Shown piece after piece: positions 28,201-40,830 of a stretch of DNA of 64,000 bases. The notes below the pieces were generated by a model. It was not told the origin of the DNA and ran no database searches. It worked only from the letters and a program-made list of their open reading frames with translations. Position numbers and translations under genes: made by a program. The first letter of the stretch is position 1, and the number at the start of each line of letters is the position of its first letter. The stretch spans positions 1,268,618 to 1,332,617 of the forward strand of contig NMRA01000013.1 of the NCBI GenBank assembly GCA_002633005.1, given 5' to 3'. Source of the stretch: Phoronis australis. Its lineage: Eukaryota; Animalia; Phoronida.

Positions 28201-29779
28201 GAACAAGCTTAAACTGCGCAGTCGGACACCCTCCGCCGCCGGGTCCTCCAAATCGGACCGACTCACCACAAAACAGGACCTACGAGAATCAAATGGGACC
28301 GCCCCACCTAAAAATATGACCGCCCCACCACAAAACAGGTCCGCTGGAGACTGAACATAACCACCGGGGATTGAAAACCGCAATGACAATCAGGCTGAGT
28401 TTTATGACCCGGTCACTGAGTGATTGGCACTGAGTAGGCCTATATAGCCTGGCCTACAGATCATACAGTCGGGCTATGGCGTAGGCTGATCTTATGTTGA
28501 TTAATCCACCAAAATCTTTTTTGCGCTAGCCTACGCTTCACTTTACAAAACGCGACGCTTTTGAGTTTTACTTCTGAGGCTCTGCTGCGGTATGTGACTC
28601 AGTCGTAAACATTTGAAAGAAGGTCAACATTTAAAATTAATAAATCTAACCACAAACCAACCAAGTTGCACATTTTTGAGCTAAATAATTATAATTTTAT
28701 CCACTCCGTAAGTTTTAAAACAAAATGAAATTCATTTTCTTGTTCTCGGGTGAATTGAAATAGCCTCACTTGCCGGATGCGGCAAAGCTGTGTACTAAAT
28801 ATACAGCTTTGCGCCCATGTGGGTAAAAAAATGAATAAGTAATATCTTCACAAAATTAGTGTTATTAACGACGCTCGGGAAAAATTGTCGTTCTGTCGTT
28901 ATTCTGGGTTGGCTTTCATTGGCCACTGCAGTTTCTTTTTTCCTCGTCAGCTGTTCTTTTCCACGAGTTTGAGTGCGTACATGGCACACCAAATTATCGT
29001 AACTAAGTTTCATTTCTTTACAAGTTTTTAGTATTTTAATACCAGAAAACCGACTTTCAGAATAAGTTTTGCTGCTGCGAACTGAAGTTCAGTCATCGTC
29101 TTGTTTTGAGACCGGCCGCATGTTGTTTCTTACCCGTGATCCTGCTTCCTTTGATCTCGCGCATATCTGGACTTCATTGCCAGTTTTCCGTTGAGAAAGT
29201 GGAGGGTATGCTGAGAGCGGACTCGCTCTTTGGCTTTGGTTGCGGGCTCGCAGATCCAAGTCAATAGCAACCGCTGCTTGGCTTCGCTAAAATTTAAGTC
29301 ATTTGTACCAAATATAAAATCTTAGTCTATACCTCGTGATTTTTGTGTCACGATTAATAAGAGAATTTGTATTTATCGTAAACAAATATCCACAATTCGT
29401 TTTGAAGCGTCGACAATATTGACCCAGACTAATAGCAAACTTATGCTAGTCATCAATCCGAGCCTCCAAGCTGTCTGCTCCAAACCGGCATTCAAAGTGA
29501 CTTGCGAAAGTGTTCTAGGCTTGTGAAGTGAACCTAATTAACGAAATGCTGACATTTTCAGGGAAAAAATCTCCGAAGAGGATGAGTTATTTAACTCGGG
29601 TTCGCTGCTAAATGGGGGGCAGTAAGTTCCGGCCGTCACCTGAAACTATGGCCCGGGATAACGGTAGGCGATGGCGCTAATTAAGGTTGATGTCTTCAAT
29701 TAGAAGAAAAATCACCACGAGCAAGGTCCTTTGATTTGTGAATGTTGTTGACGAATAACATCACTAATTATTTTGCTTA

Positions 29780-30140
29780 TATCACTCCTGTATAAAACTA
29801 AAAACCTCTAAACTCATTGTTTTATTTCTTTTTGTTACCATGATATCCTAACTGGCATGGCAATTTCAATCAATTCAACTGTTTTTGCTTTGAATTTATC
29901 ACTCCTGTATAAAATTATAAATCTTTAAACTAATTGTTTTTATTTTTTTTGTCACCATGATATCCTAATCGGTATGACAATTTAAATCAATTCATCTGCT
30001 TTTTGCTTAAATATATCACTCCTACATGAATGAAACTTTTTTAAAACTTTGAAGTCTGTTTTCTCTCCTTTTGACAACATGATATTCTCATAATACTAAA
30101 ATCTATATGGCAATTAATATCCATTCAAATGCTTTTTACT
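29780..30140. repeat. Diverged ~118-bp tandem repeat, 3 copies, with a homologous single unit near 41360
   Basis: atcactcctgtataaaa..catgatatcc..caattcaactg recurs at ~29781, ~29898 and ~30016. A similar unit plus downstream flank is at ~41360-41560. Confidence 0.7.
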
Positions 30141-33074
30141 TTGAAACTCAAGCTAGCGCAGTATTTACCATAAATTATTTGACATGAAATGCATGTATGA
30201 GTTTAGAGAGTGAGCTTTGTTCTCCACAAGGACATGTATAGTATATGTGTAGTGTGCATCAGTGGATGCCAACGAAATTGATGAATACCGCATGTTTCAG
30301 TCTGAGCACTGTGTGTCACTGGCCATAAAATTCTAGCTATAATAGTCGTCTGAAAATTTCTCTCTTATACACGATTCGCTGCTGTCTTTTCTCGAGTGCC
30401 CCGTGCCCCGACTCTGCGACCCTGCAAGTGCCCTCGCCTCCGCTTCCTATCTTTACTTGAGTTCTCTGCACTGAAGAAACTTACATGTTGACAAGACAGT
30501 ATTTTGCTCCAAAATCGCGAGAATTGTGTGTTGTGACATATATTGTTGCCAAGGTGACTCGGACAGTATATGTCTTAATATTCAGTATTGTGATATAATA
30601 TTGTCCGCTATCGGGGCAACACTATATGGTGGTGTTTACTGCACATATTGCGTCAATCATACCATAACTTTCGGGACAAAATGTCTAACTGTCTCGAGAT
30701 TTCGTTCAATTACTTATGGCCTAAACTCCATACATGATCGAGGTGTCTCTTTGTGAAACAAACTGCCTAAATCAATTACATTGTAACGAACTGACAGAAT
30801 TAAATACAAGATCTCAACTTTTCTAAGAGAAGACTGTGAGTGCCAGACCTGTATCCTGTGTCTTTTGCTTCATGTTGACAACCATTAGGGTTCGCTATGT
30901 TTGTTTACATAGTTATTTATGTTCTTTCTGTATATATGCATGCGCACTTCTCTGTAAACAATTCCCTACATATGTACTTTTCATCAGTAACTAGCACCTC
31001 TGTTAATGTTTTCTTTTGTTGTATCTACCCACACCGATTTAAAATAAACATTAATTTGCTTACTTACTCACTCTCTCTCACTCACTCACTCACTTACTTG
31101 GGTGAAACGGAGGCATCCAGTCTCTCTGACGCCTTATGCATCAAACGCGACGAAAAGGATGAAGTAAGTTAGTAGATTTAGGTTAAAACGCCTAAGTGAT
31201 GTGGTGCTATGTGTACCAAGAGTTTCCAAAGACCTTGGGCACTGAATTAGGGTCAACTGAGTAAAATATGAGCTTCATGCCTTGTAAGAAGTCCCCAGAG
31301 ACTTGCCAAAAACCAACCTCAAACACAGGCTAAGGAAGCGGAATGGTCAAGGCTGGAGGTATCGTTCATAGGCCAGGTTTCTTGCGAGATCCCTCAAGAC
31401 CTTGCAAAATCACGAGAATGAAATGCGAGTGTTAATTTTTTTATTGCAACACAATAGTATAAGACAATACAATAATGGTACTGCGAATTGGCCCAAAAAC
31501 GAATCGTTATGTCAATGCATCCATACACATTGTAACAAATTATTTAAGTTAAAATATAAAAAGGAACAATAACGCCAAAAAACGTAGAAGAACGAAGAAT
31601 TTTGCGAGTATACTTGGGAGTTTAGTAGTTTATCCTAGCAAAATGGCGGTTTCGGTTCCATTCAAAAACGAGTTCTTGTTTTTTAAATACACAATTAGAA
31701 CATTAGACTGAGTGCGGAAGTATGTGTGCGCTTCTGCATCCGCCAACGTGTCGTTGATCGTTCAATTATCTCGTTTGTTTTGGAGCTGTAAATTACATGC
31801 ACAACCTGTGTCGTAATGTCTGGATCAAAGAAAAACATTTGAAAGACATTACAACCATCAGCCGTTGCTATTTTTTGTGTTTTTTCATTGATCTAGACAT
31901 TACGACGCAGGTTGCGCATGTAATCTATAGCTCCGGTCTAACAACTCGACTCTTTATAAACGCGACATTTTCACGCATGATTATCAGTCTCCAGTACTGC
32001 AACAAAGAGGCAACTTCATAAGCTGTACTTGCTCGACTTGAACGGTAAGTCAATTTGCAGGCAAGATGTTGTCTTACTCTTTTGCATATAAATATCAGAA
32101 AGACAACGAAAATTATATCTTATTTGTTATTGCAAAACTTCGCACGCAGCCATGCTCAAATTATAATCAACACGTTACCCGGCACATGTTCATTTATACA
32201 AGTTTCACAATTCTGTCGAGTAAACACAAACGCCTATCGCTTAAATTCATTCTGAATTGAAACAACAATTGAGATGTGCAGTGAGCTTAGCAAGGTCAAA
32301 ATATTGTTACTGAATTCCAAATTTTACGAACACTAGCATTTTATCTAAAATGCATTCAAAGTTGAACACTGACTGGCTATAGCAGGGCCGTAGGAAGCGG
32401 AGGCCTGGGCACTTAGAAGGTAAACCGTGGTGACTGCTTAGGCGTACGGTGGGGGGCAAGGAACAGTCGAGAGAAGACAGACATAACGAATCAAGAAAAT
32501 TTAAAACGACATTTGTCAACTACAAGTGCTTCGTTAAGTTTGGGGGCCTCAGCTCTTGAAGGGAGCCCGTTGATGCCATCCATAGCAACCTTTTCCTTGA
32601 TTTTACTTATAACGTCTTTTCTCAAGATCCAAATTTGGCCAACTACAATATCTCACAAAACTGCCTTGTTGGATTCATGTGAAACTTTCGAATACTATGC
32701 TTCAAACACTGTTCTTCAAAAGGTTGAAAGGAATTATTTCTAAAATGTTCCACTGTTGCATGAGAGGTTACAAAATTTAGGAGGTTGAAAGGGTTCTCGA
32801 AAAAAAAAATTAAATTTTCAAAATGAAAAGCAATTGAGAGCTAAGAAAACTGTAACTGCATTTTAATACTTCATTTTGAACATTCATATCCAATCGAATT
32901 TGGTCATGTCATTGAAGCTTGAGAGCACTGGGAGGAGGTAAACGATTGGTCAAGTCAAATTAGTCTGCGTACCCCTATATTGTTTACCTTCAACGGGCCT
33001 GTTAAGTGCAAGAGCGGCCGCAATTTTATACGTATCTCGCAGCTGTTGAGAATATTTTAGCATTGCTTGCAGAT

Positions 33075-34086
33075 ATGAAGGTGATATTTTGCTTGTTCAT
33101 CATGGCGCTCCTGGTGGGAACGCTACTGTGTGAAGAGGCGCCTGATGAAGACCGGGAAAATAGTAAGTGACGTTCCGTGATCATGAGAAAAGAAATTAAA
33201 TTCATTCATTCATTTTTCACCTTACAGTTTATTTGTGTTGTTACTCGCTCAGTGCCTAATGCTCATAAAAATGAGTGTCCGACCAGGGTTAGTTGCTGTA
33301 TGTATGCTCGTGTGTAATATATTTCTTAGACTACACAAGCCACGAACATTTTTCCAATCACGTAAAACTTATTTTTTTGATTTCTACAGCGAAGTTGGAA
33401 AAATGTAAGTTTAATTCATACTTTTTACGACATAATCGTCTTTTACGTCCGTTCTATTGAAGGTTCCCAAGTCAGAACTACTGGGATCCACTGATTACGC
33501 TTAAGAGTTACTAGATTAATCTGGTTCACATCATCTATTGTGAACGACTGAAGATTCCGCTCAACTCAAGTTATTCCAAGTCTTTGGGTGTCAAAGCTTT
33601 GTTTTCTTTAAAAAAAATCAAAACTGAAAAGTCACGAATATGCATTACCAGGAAATAGGCTTACGATTGAATTGGTAATCGTCGGTCCAATCATAACATA
33701 ATAGTTCCATTACTGCGCAGGTTTGTATGTGACTGGCACATGGACCCCCGTGGACAAAAACCTGGATCTGCCCCTATAATATTAGGTTAAGATTTGTTAG
33801 AGTTGGAGTTAGGGTTAGGAAATGATACTTGTTAAATTCGAGTTCATGTGATGTCAATGAATCTCACGTTTGAATGGCGTATGGAATTTACATACTTCCC
33901 ATTACATGATGTTTGTTTCTAGCCTTTCAATGTCTCGTGTTAAAATATAATTACAGTGGTGAAGAGAAGCGTCAAATTAATGGCGTGTAATTTAAGTCTG
34001 TGCAAAACTAAGTGCTCGCTTTTCGGTTACATCAACAAGATGGGTGAATGCAAGGCGGGGCGTTGTAGATGCACCAATGAAGCGAG
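33075..34086 (+). CDS. Secreted cysteine-rich CS-alpha-beta defensin-like prepropeptide, copy A (3' end uncertain)
   Basis: Exons 33075-33162, 33390-33404 and 33957-34086 have canonical GT-AG sites and matching phases. They give MKVIFCLFIMALLVGTLLCEEAPDEDRENTKLEKLVKR|SVKLMACNLSLCKTKCSLFGYINKMGECKAGRCRCTNEAR. The stop is either at 34112-34114 by read-through or in a further exon starting at 34868. Confidence 0.85.
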
Positions 34087-36090
34087 GTGCGTATCTCACT
34101 TTAACACTGTCTAACTTTTGCAATAGTGAATCCTTGATATCCTGTATGTAGAAATTTTATGATCAGTGGTGTAGTGTTAACTAGTGGCGACTGACACCTG
34201 ACTATAAGGAACTTTAAAACAAGTTATTGCTCAATGAAACATGTACTATCATCACAGAAACATTTCAGTCAACTCAGCTAAACTCTGAACACAAAATGGT
34301 GGATATATGTTTTGTCAAATATAAGACAACACATTTTCTTCCAAACAAAAATGACAACATTAAAAATGTTAACATCTCTAATTAATTACCAAGGGAAGCA
34401 TCCTCTGCTCAAAAAATGCTTGGTTTCCCTGCAACCACCCCTCCCCCACTCCTCCATTACTGCATGGTTATGACTGTTACCATGGACACCCGGTTTTTAT
34501 TGAATAATACTTCACTAAACGCCGTGGATCAAACTGTAGAATCACCTGAGTCAACATGTCTCATTGAGAGACAATGATAACATAATTCACGCATATTCAT
34601 GGCAAAAATAGGATTTACGAAATAGTGCCATTTTTCTACGAAGAAGAATAATGAAAATGTCAATCGTGTTCGTAGTGTGACAAGTTTATGCGTTCAGTTA
34701 ATTGTTTGGTAATTCTTTTACACAAAGCCGTCTTTGAATTCCAGATGAACAGCCAGCCAATATTAAACGGACAGGAAGACAGCATTAGAACACTCTTCTG
34801 GACATCTCTGATTATTAAATAAATGTATCTGCTGATATCTATCAACTTGTTTCGTTTTCTTCTGTTAGAGTATTAGGATTACATAAATATACCTGTGAAG
34901 AGATTGGCCGGCAACCCTTCGCCCCCCATTAAAGGCTTAGATTTACACACATCGCAGGGGCAATACGTCCATCTCATTTGCTCGTGGACTCCATTTTCAT
35001 GTGAAAAAGAATCTCAGCAAACTCTCTTTTGTTGTTAGACAACGCCAATTAATCTAGGTCTACGTGTCACTTTTATTCGTCGTTTATTTACACGACACAC
35101 GGAGAAGAATGGCCAAAGTCCTTCTGCATTTTTATTTTTATTTTTATTACTATTCAGAGTTGCGGCGTACCACTACACTAATTGGGGGCTATAGCTCCCC
35201 AGAACCCTATGGTGCTTCGCCCATGCAAAATATTGGGCTGAAAATTAACATATCACAACGTAGTCGCGTCGGCGATCTCGTTCCGACCTCCAAAGAATAG
35301 TCAGCAGGCATCATGTAGGCCGAAAGTACGCGAGTCAATTCCTGACTTCACTGACTTCCTTATTTGCAAAAATTCACGTGAGATGATCAGATAGGTAGAT
35401 GTCGTTACTTTCACATTGAAAAAAAAAATTAAAATACCATTTGCTTGTCTGATATCTTGTACATATCGGAAACATTTTGAGTCCGGTCAGCACGCTGGTT
35501 AAGTATTACATATTTATAAAAACTCTGTCTGTAATGAATTAGTCTATATATCGTATCAGCACAATAACAGAAAGACAAGTGTGACACTTTATTTAATGTT
35601 TGCACCAGTGCTGCTTACGAGGTAACAACATAGAGTAAACTTTTGAAATTGTCGCTGTAACCAGGCGCCGAACATTAGAATGGAATTAAAAGTGAGAAAC
35701 AATTATTGTGACGAGGGTCCAATCTGTGCCGTTGTAGCTCGACGCCATTCTTATGACCAGTCATGAGCCAGAATGGATTAAACCGTGTAGTATCTACTAG
35801 GAACTAGTCTAGTTCAGTTGCTATGCCCATTGAAGCAGCCTCACCTGTTGGAGCCCATTTGAACTAATTCTATCAGCCCAATGCAATACGTGAGCGTGCA
35901 GATCTGACAATCGTGCACGGGATTTGGTTACGAGAATCCGGTTTAGTGTTTCCTTGACTGCGACAATTGAATGGCACTATTTTCCATAGGACAAAAGGTA
36001 CACGTTTAACATCATTTAAAAACGGAATCATGTCCGTTATGGATTGCGTTAGTGGAAAACGGCAGATCCTTTCTATAACTCGAGACTCCG

Positions 36091-36340
36091 AATTATTTTG
36101 AGGGACAGGTGAATGTGTAAAGGTCTTGCCACGTAACCATGTTTTTGGGAATCCTAATTATTTTGAGGGACACGTGCATGGGTCCAGGTCTGTCCAGGTA
36201 ACCATATTTTTGGGAATCCTAATTATTTTGAGGGACACGTGCATGGGTCCAGGTCTGTCCAGGTAACCATATTTTTGGGAATCCTAATTATTTTGAGGGA
36301 CATGTGCATGGCTCCAAGTCTGTCCACGTAACCATATTTT
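36091..36340. repeat. 65-bp minisatellite, ~4 copies
   Basis: aattattttgagggacacgtgcatgggtccagg.. starts at 36091, 36156, 36221 and 36286. Confidence 0.92.
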
Positions 36341-36769
36341 GAACGTAATTTCCATACTTCTTTTTCTTGAAACCTCGAACATGGTTACAGGTTCCTGTGG
36401 TCTCATCCAACAATGTCGAACATGGACAGTCCGTGCCTTGTTATTTCATTCCAGGTTCTAGGTTTCTTGAAATCATAAGAAATAGGTTAAAATTTTAAAT
36501 TCGCTGGAATCTGAAACGAAAGAACAAGATACGGACTAGTTTTGCTTCTTCAACAGGGCGCTAGGATAAACTACAGCCGTGGTTCTTGCAGCAGAGTATT
36601 TCGACCGTTCAATTATCACCAGTTTTGATTTCAACGAATGTCTGGCAGACAACAGCGAGAAATATAGTAGATTTCTGATCAATAAAAGAACTCAACAAAT
36701 TATATTGTTTGATAACTCTGGTCAATACTTATAACTTCCAAAGTCTATCAGAGCGGCAGAAGAGAGCGT

Positions 36770-39700
36770 AAATAAACGAGGTACCAACATCTGACCTCCG
36801 GAGCGCTTAGATTCCACCTCAGTGTTAACAAAAATGGATGTTTGCCGCTGTCTACACACTCGGTGTGACGCCTGGGGACTTTACAAGGGGGCATAAATGC
36901 GCTAGATTAGATATTCGAGGTACCGCTCAAAACTGTTCTAAAACAAGCAGTCTTGCAGCACTGAACACCGAATGACCCATGACAGACAATTAACACTTTG
37001 TAAAGGATCCGTCAAAAACCCCAAAATCAATCCCAACAACTAGCTAGCTCATACATTCGAGGTGTCACAAAACAATTGCATATGATTCAATACATGCCAC
37101 TGACCACTAATTTGCCCATGACATTCAAAATACACTCTGGGTAGAGTCCGCCAGAGACCCCAACAATATGCCAATGAAAATTTAGGCTACATTAGATATC
37201 TGAAGCACCGTTCCAAACTCAGTTGAATCGAACAATCGTGCCGCAGTAAACACTGGATGACCCATGGCAGCCGAATTGCAATCTGGAAAGGGTCTGCCAG
37301 AAATCCAAAAAGGACCCAAAAATGAGCTGGTTCATACATTCCAGGTATCACAAAAAACAATTACATGTGATTCAATACATGCCAATGACCACTAAATGCC
37401 CTGTGACAGACAAAATAACTCTGTGTTGGGCCTGCCAGAAATCCCACATTCTGGCCGAGCTGGGCTATTTAAAACCCATAATGGGTAATAGCAAGGACCA
37501 TAAATCTCTTGTTAAGATGTGTTTACTTTCTTAGCCTTTCGAGGGACTGTTGTATAACTAAGAGCAGAGTTCATAAAGAACTACCTTTAATGACCTTTTA
37601 GGTGATTGTAGTCATTAGTAATGAACATCAGTCAGTTTCAAAAAGGACTATTGTGTGTAGCTAACGCCCATGGTTTACTACTATCCGTAAAATTTGAAGC
37701 CACAATGTGGACTAGTTTCCTCCTCCAAGGCCAAAATGCAAAACCTCAACCACGGGATGCTGTTGACAACATATCTAGACGATGAGATGTTGTTAAATTT
37801 ATATAAACCTTCTTTCTGAGAACTTTAATATCAGGGCACACTTAAACAAAGACATTGTATTGCTAGACGTTAAGTTTAATTTCACTAGACCATTCTCAAG
37901 ACAACTGTTTATCACAATGTAACACAGAAGAACAGTCTGTGCACAGTACATATCAACGTGCATTATGAGGAGAGAGTCCAGAATTCAAAACAACTGGAGC
38001 TCAACTGAACCAATGTTTCTATTAAACTAGCGCTTAGCGTTAGTCAATCGTATATGCATAGCTTCGTTTATGAGGAGCCTGAGGATCGTATTGTCCTTGT
38101 CCAAAATATGAACACCAGAGTAATTTATAGTGTGACCAGTAGCCAATGAATGAACACCAGGTGCACAACACTAATTCTTTAGATATTACTGGATGGGGTT
38201 TTGAGCATAGAACAATGACGAAAGTCTGTGAACAGGTTTAAAAATTATTACAAGTTGAATATATGGAGTAATAGTTCTAAGCATTTTTTTAACCTGTCTG
38301 TTGACCACAAAAACAGTTACTCTTTCCCACAAAGGGAGGATTGAAGAAATACTTTTTTAATTCAGGACTATATCAAACATCCACAGGTGTCTTAGAGTGG
38401 TTGTGTAAAATCCTGTCAATGCATGATTTTACAATTGTTTTTGGATATCCATTTTAAATCCAGGGATTGTTTTTAAAAAAGTTCGCAGCGGTCAAACCGA
38501 AACGTCGACCAATACAGTGTCTGTTTACGTAGGCACTGTTTTTAAAGTTCTTACTCATATTTTGGCCAAAAACAAATGTGCCCTACATTCCCAATTAAGT
38601 CCACTCTATATATTAACCCGCGGGATAATGGAAACCCAACTAATTATCGATAATTGTCATTCGTTAGAGCCTTGGTCTGATGACTTGACAGGCATTTTTT
38701 CAGACGGAGAGTTTGACAACCTTCCTACAAGAATGGGATAAAGACCACTTTGTGGAAGAAAAACACTCGTTATCTCCCATAGTGAAAATCGCATTCGCTT
38801 TATTACAGCGCTACCATGCCAGTTGATCGTTCACCAGACCTCCAAGTTTCCCTTGACATGGATAATTTTAGGAGCACGTCCCGCGTCATTGAAGCATGAA
38901 AATCAGTCATTCACGCAATGTGATTGCTTTGCTCGGACGAATGGGTGCACCAAAACTGCTGCAGTTTTGCCTAATTTTGTCTTGAATAGTACCCATTGCA
39001 TATTCTACAATGCAGAACAGGTGATCAAAACAACAATTTTTGCGTCATGTGGTCCAGAATACTGCAAAAATGCGGATCCCAACTGATGATTTACAAGTTT
39101 AGTTAACTTGGAATGCACTTAGCTGCTCAGACCAATTACTAATCGTTTAACGTAATGGTATAGGAGTGAGACGGAATCACGCATATTTAGATATTACTCA
39201 CAACAAATCCAACCCAAAAAGGGGGGCAGACATTTGACTAAAGTGACACATAGGTCTTAAGAATTGGTCCATGGTTTTGAAGCTAAGTGGGCCAACTGAC
39301 TCAAAGACACGTTTTTCTAGAATGATTCTTGTCCTCAGGGCTGATCTAGGATTTTTAGGTGGGGGGGGGGGCAGAGCAGATTATTAGACAGGATTTTGCC
39401 ATTCAGACATTCGCACCCCCGAACTAGCAAATGGAATCTGGGAGAATTTTAGAGAGGTATGGCCCACCTCCCCCTCCCCCACTCCCTCTAAATCCGCCAG
39501 TGATCCCGAAGAAGCCAACACGCTTCTTACCTTCCACTTATCTGAGCTTTTGACATTGATTTCATAGTAACCCCCATCGGAATAATACCAACACAATTAA
39601 AGAGCGACAGAGAAATAGCTTTCAAACGTGCAATAATGGAGGGTGGGCCGCAGACGTATATACATCTTCGCTATTCTTTAGAATTTGGAGTCTATGTAAC

Positions 39701-40830
39701 ATGGTCTTGCTAAAGCATTTGCATCGCCTCCAGTTCACTAACGCGAGGTCCTCGCTAAAATCAAGACTTCGCGCGATTACACGAGACATTGCCATGTATT
39801 TAAAAGAGATCACGTGACTTTGGCCGGATTTTAGCTAGGTCCCAGGGTAGGTCCTAGCGTTACTGAACGCACGCCTAGGTCTACTTACAATGTCAAGATT
39901 TGACGTCACAGCAGCAGTGTATAGGAAAGAGAAAGTGAAGCCTCAAGAAACCCTGTAGGAAGACTCGTATGGAAGCTATATGATAGATGCTATGCTACTG
40001 AATGGCTTCCGGGATCTGCCCTTTCTGATTTCCCTTTTGAAGGGGCTGTTATCGTCAAAGAAAATCGACTAGTAGGAAAACTAGTGTATGGCGAAGGAAG
40101 TGAGCGAGCTCGAATCAAACTGAAAGAGCAATAACGAATCTGACCGTGAAAATTATTAAAACTAGCAAGAAACTAGATTAAACATGTATAAGCATAATGT
40201 CTTGGTCTACATGACAGTGATTTTGACGTGACTGTTTTTTAAGTATATGTATTCATAGGTTTGGTGTGAAACTGTTGTGCTGGCTATTCCTAGTTTAAAA
40301 ACACGTTTTTTTAAAAAAAAAACTTTGATTAGTAGCGAATGGAATGAAAGGAATCATTGGAAATAATTATTATCATTATTCTTCCATCTAGCACACATTT
40401 AGGGCCCATGTTTTGTCGCTGAAGTATCTTTCTAGCTAACTCTTTTGATAGGTCATTACACAACCAGAAGCGCCATTTGTCTGTCGCACGCAATTAAGTA
40501 ATAAGTGGCATGTATTGAATCTTATGGAATTGTTTTTGTGGTGCCTCGAATTCATCAGGTAGCTCATTTTGGGTGAGTCCTTTTAGGGTTTCTGGCGGAC
40601 ACTTATCAGAGTGCAATTTGTCTGTCATGGGTCATTTAGTGGCCAGTGCAACACGGTTGCTCGTTTGAAATCAGTTTTGGCTGGTATCTCGATTGACTAA
40701 TCTAGTTCATTTTTGGCCCCTTTGTAAGGTCACCATGTATCACATCCACAGTGCAAACACCGGCAGACATCAATTTCTGGGGTGCACTTTAAGTGTTCCT
40801 GTGTCAGAAGTTTGTACCTCGTTCATCTAA
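36770..40830. repeat. Long imperfect inverted repeat pair (~36770-37130 vs ~40470-40830), possible non-autonomous element
   Basis: aaacgaggtaccaacatctgac pairs with gtcagaagtttgtacctcgtt, and gattcaatacatgccac pairs with gtggcatgtattgaatc. The left arm has an internal ~290-bp tandem duplication extending to ~37440. Confidence 0.65.
39336..39502. mobile_element. Second MITE with CAGnGGCnGATCT-type termini
   Basis: cagggctgatctagg / ctaaatccgccagtg termini with G/C runs, as at 10334-10570. Confidence 0.55.

Larger units (their letters stand above)
31743..36748 (+). repeat. Segmental duplication, copy A (paralogous to 42405-48170)
   Basis: Colinear similarity from ccaacgtgtcgttgatcgttcaatta to tcaatacttataacttc in both copies, interrupted by indels. 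Confidence 0.9.

Noticed and set aside
28795-29120. Possible coding or transposase remnant upstream of GRAMD4
   Set aside because: Stops in all frames read and no motif I can assign.
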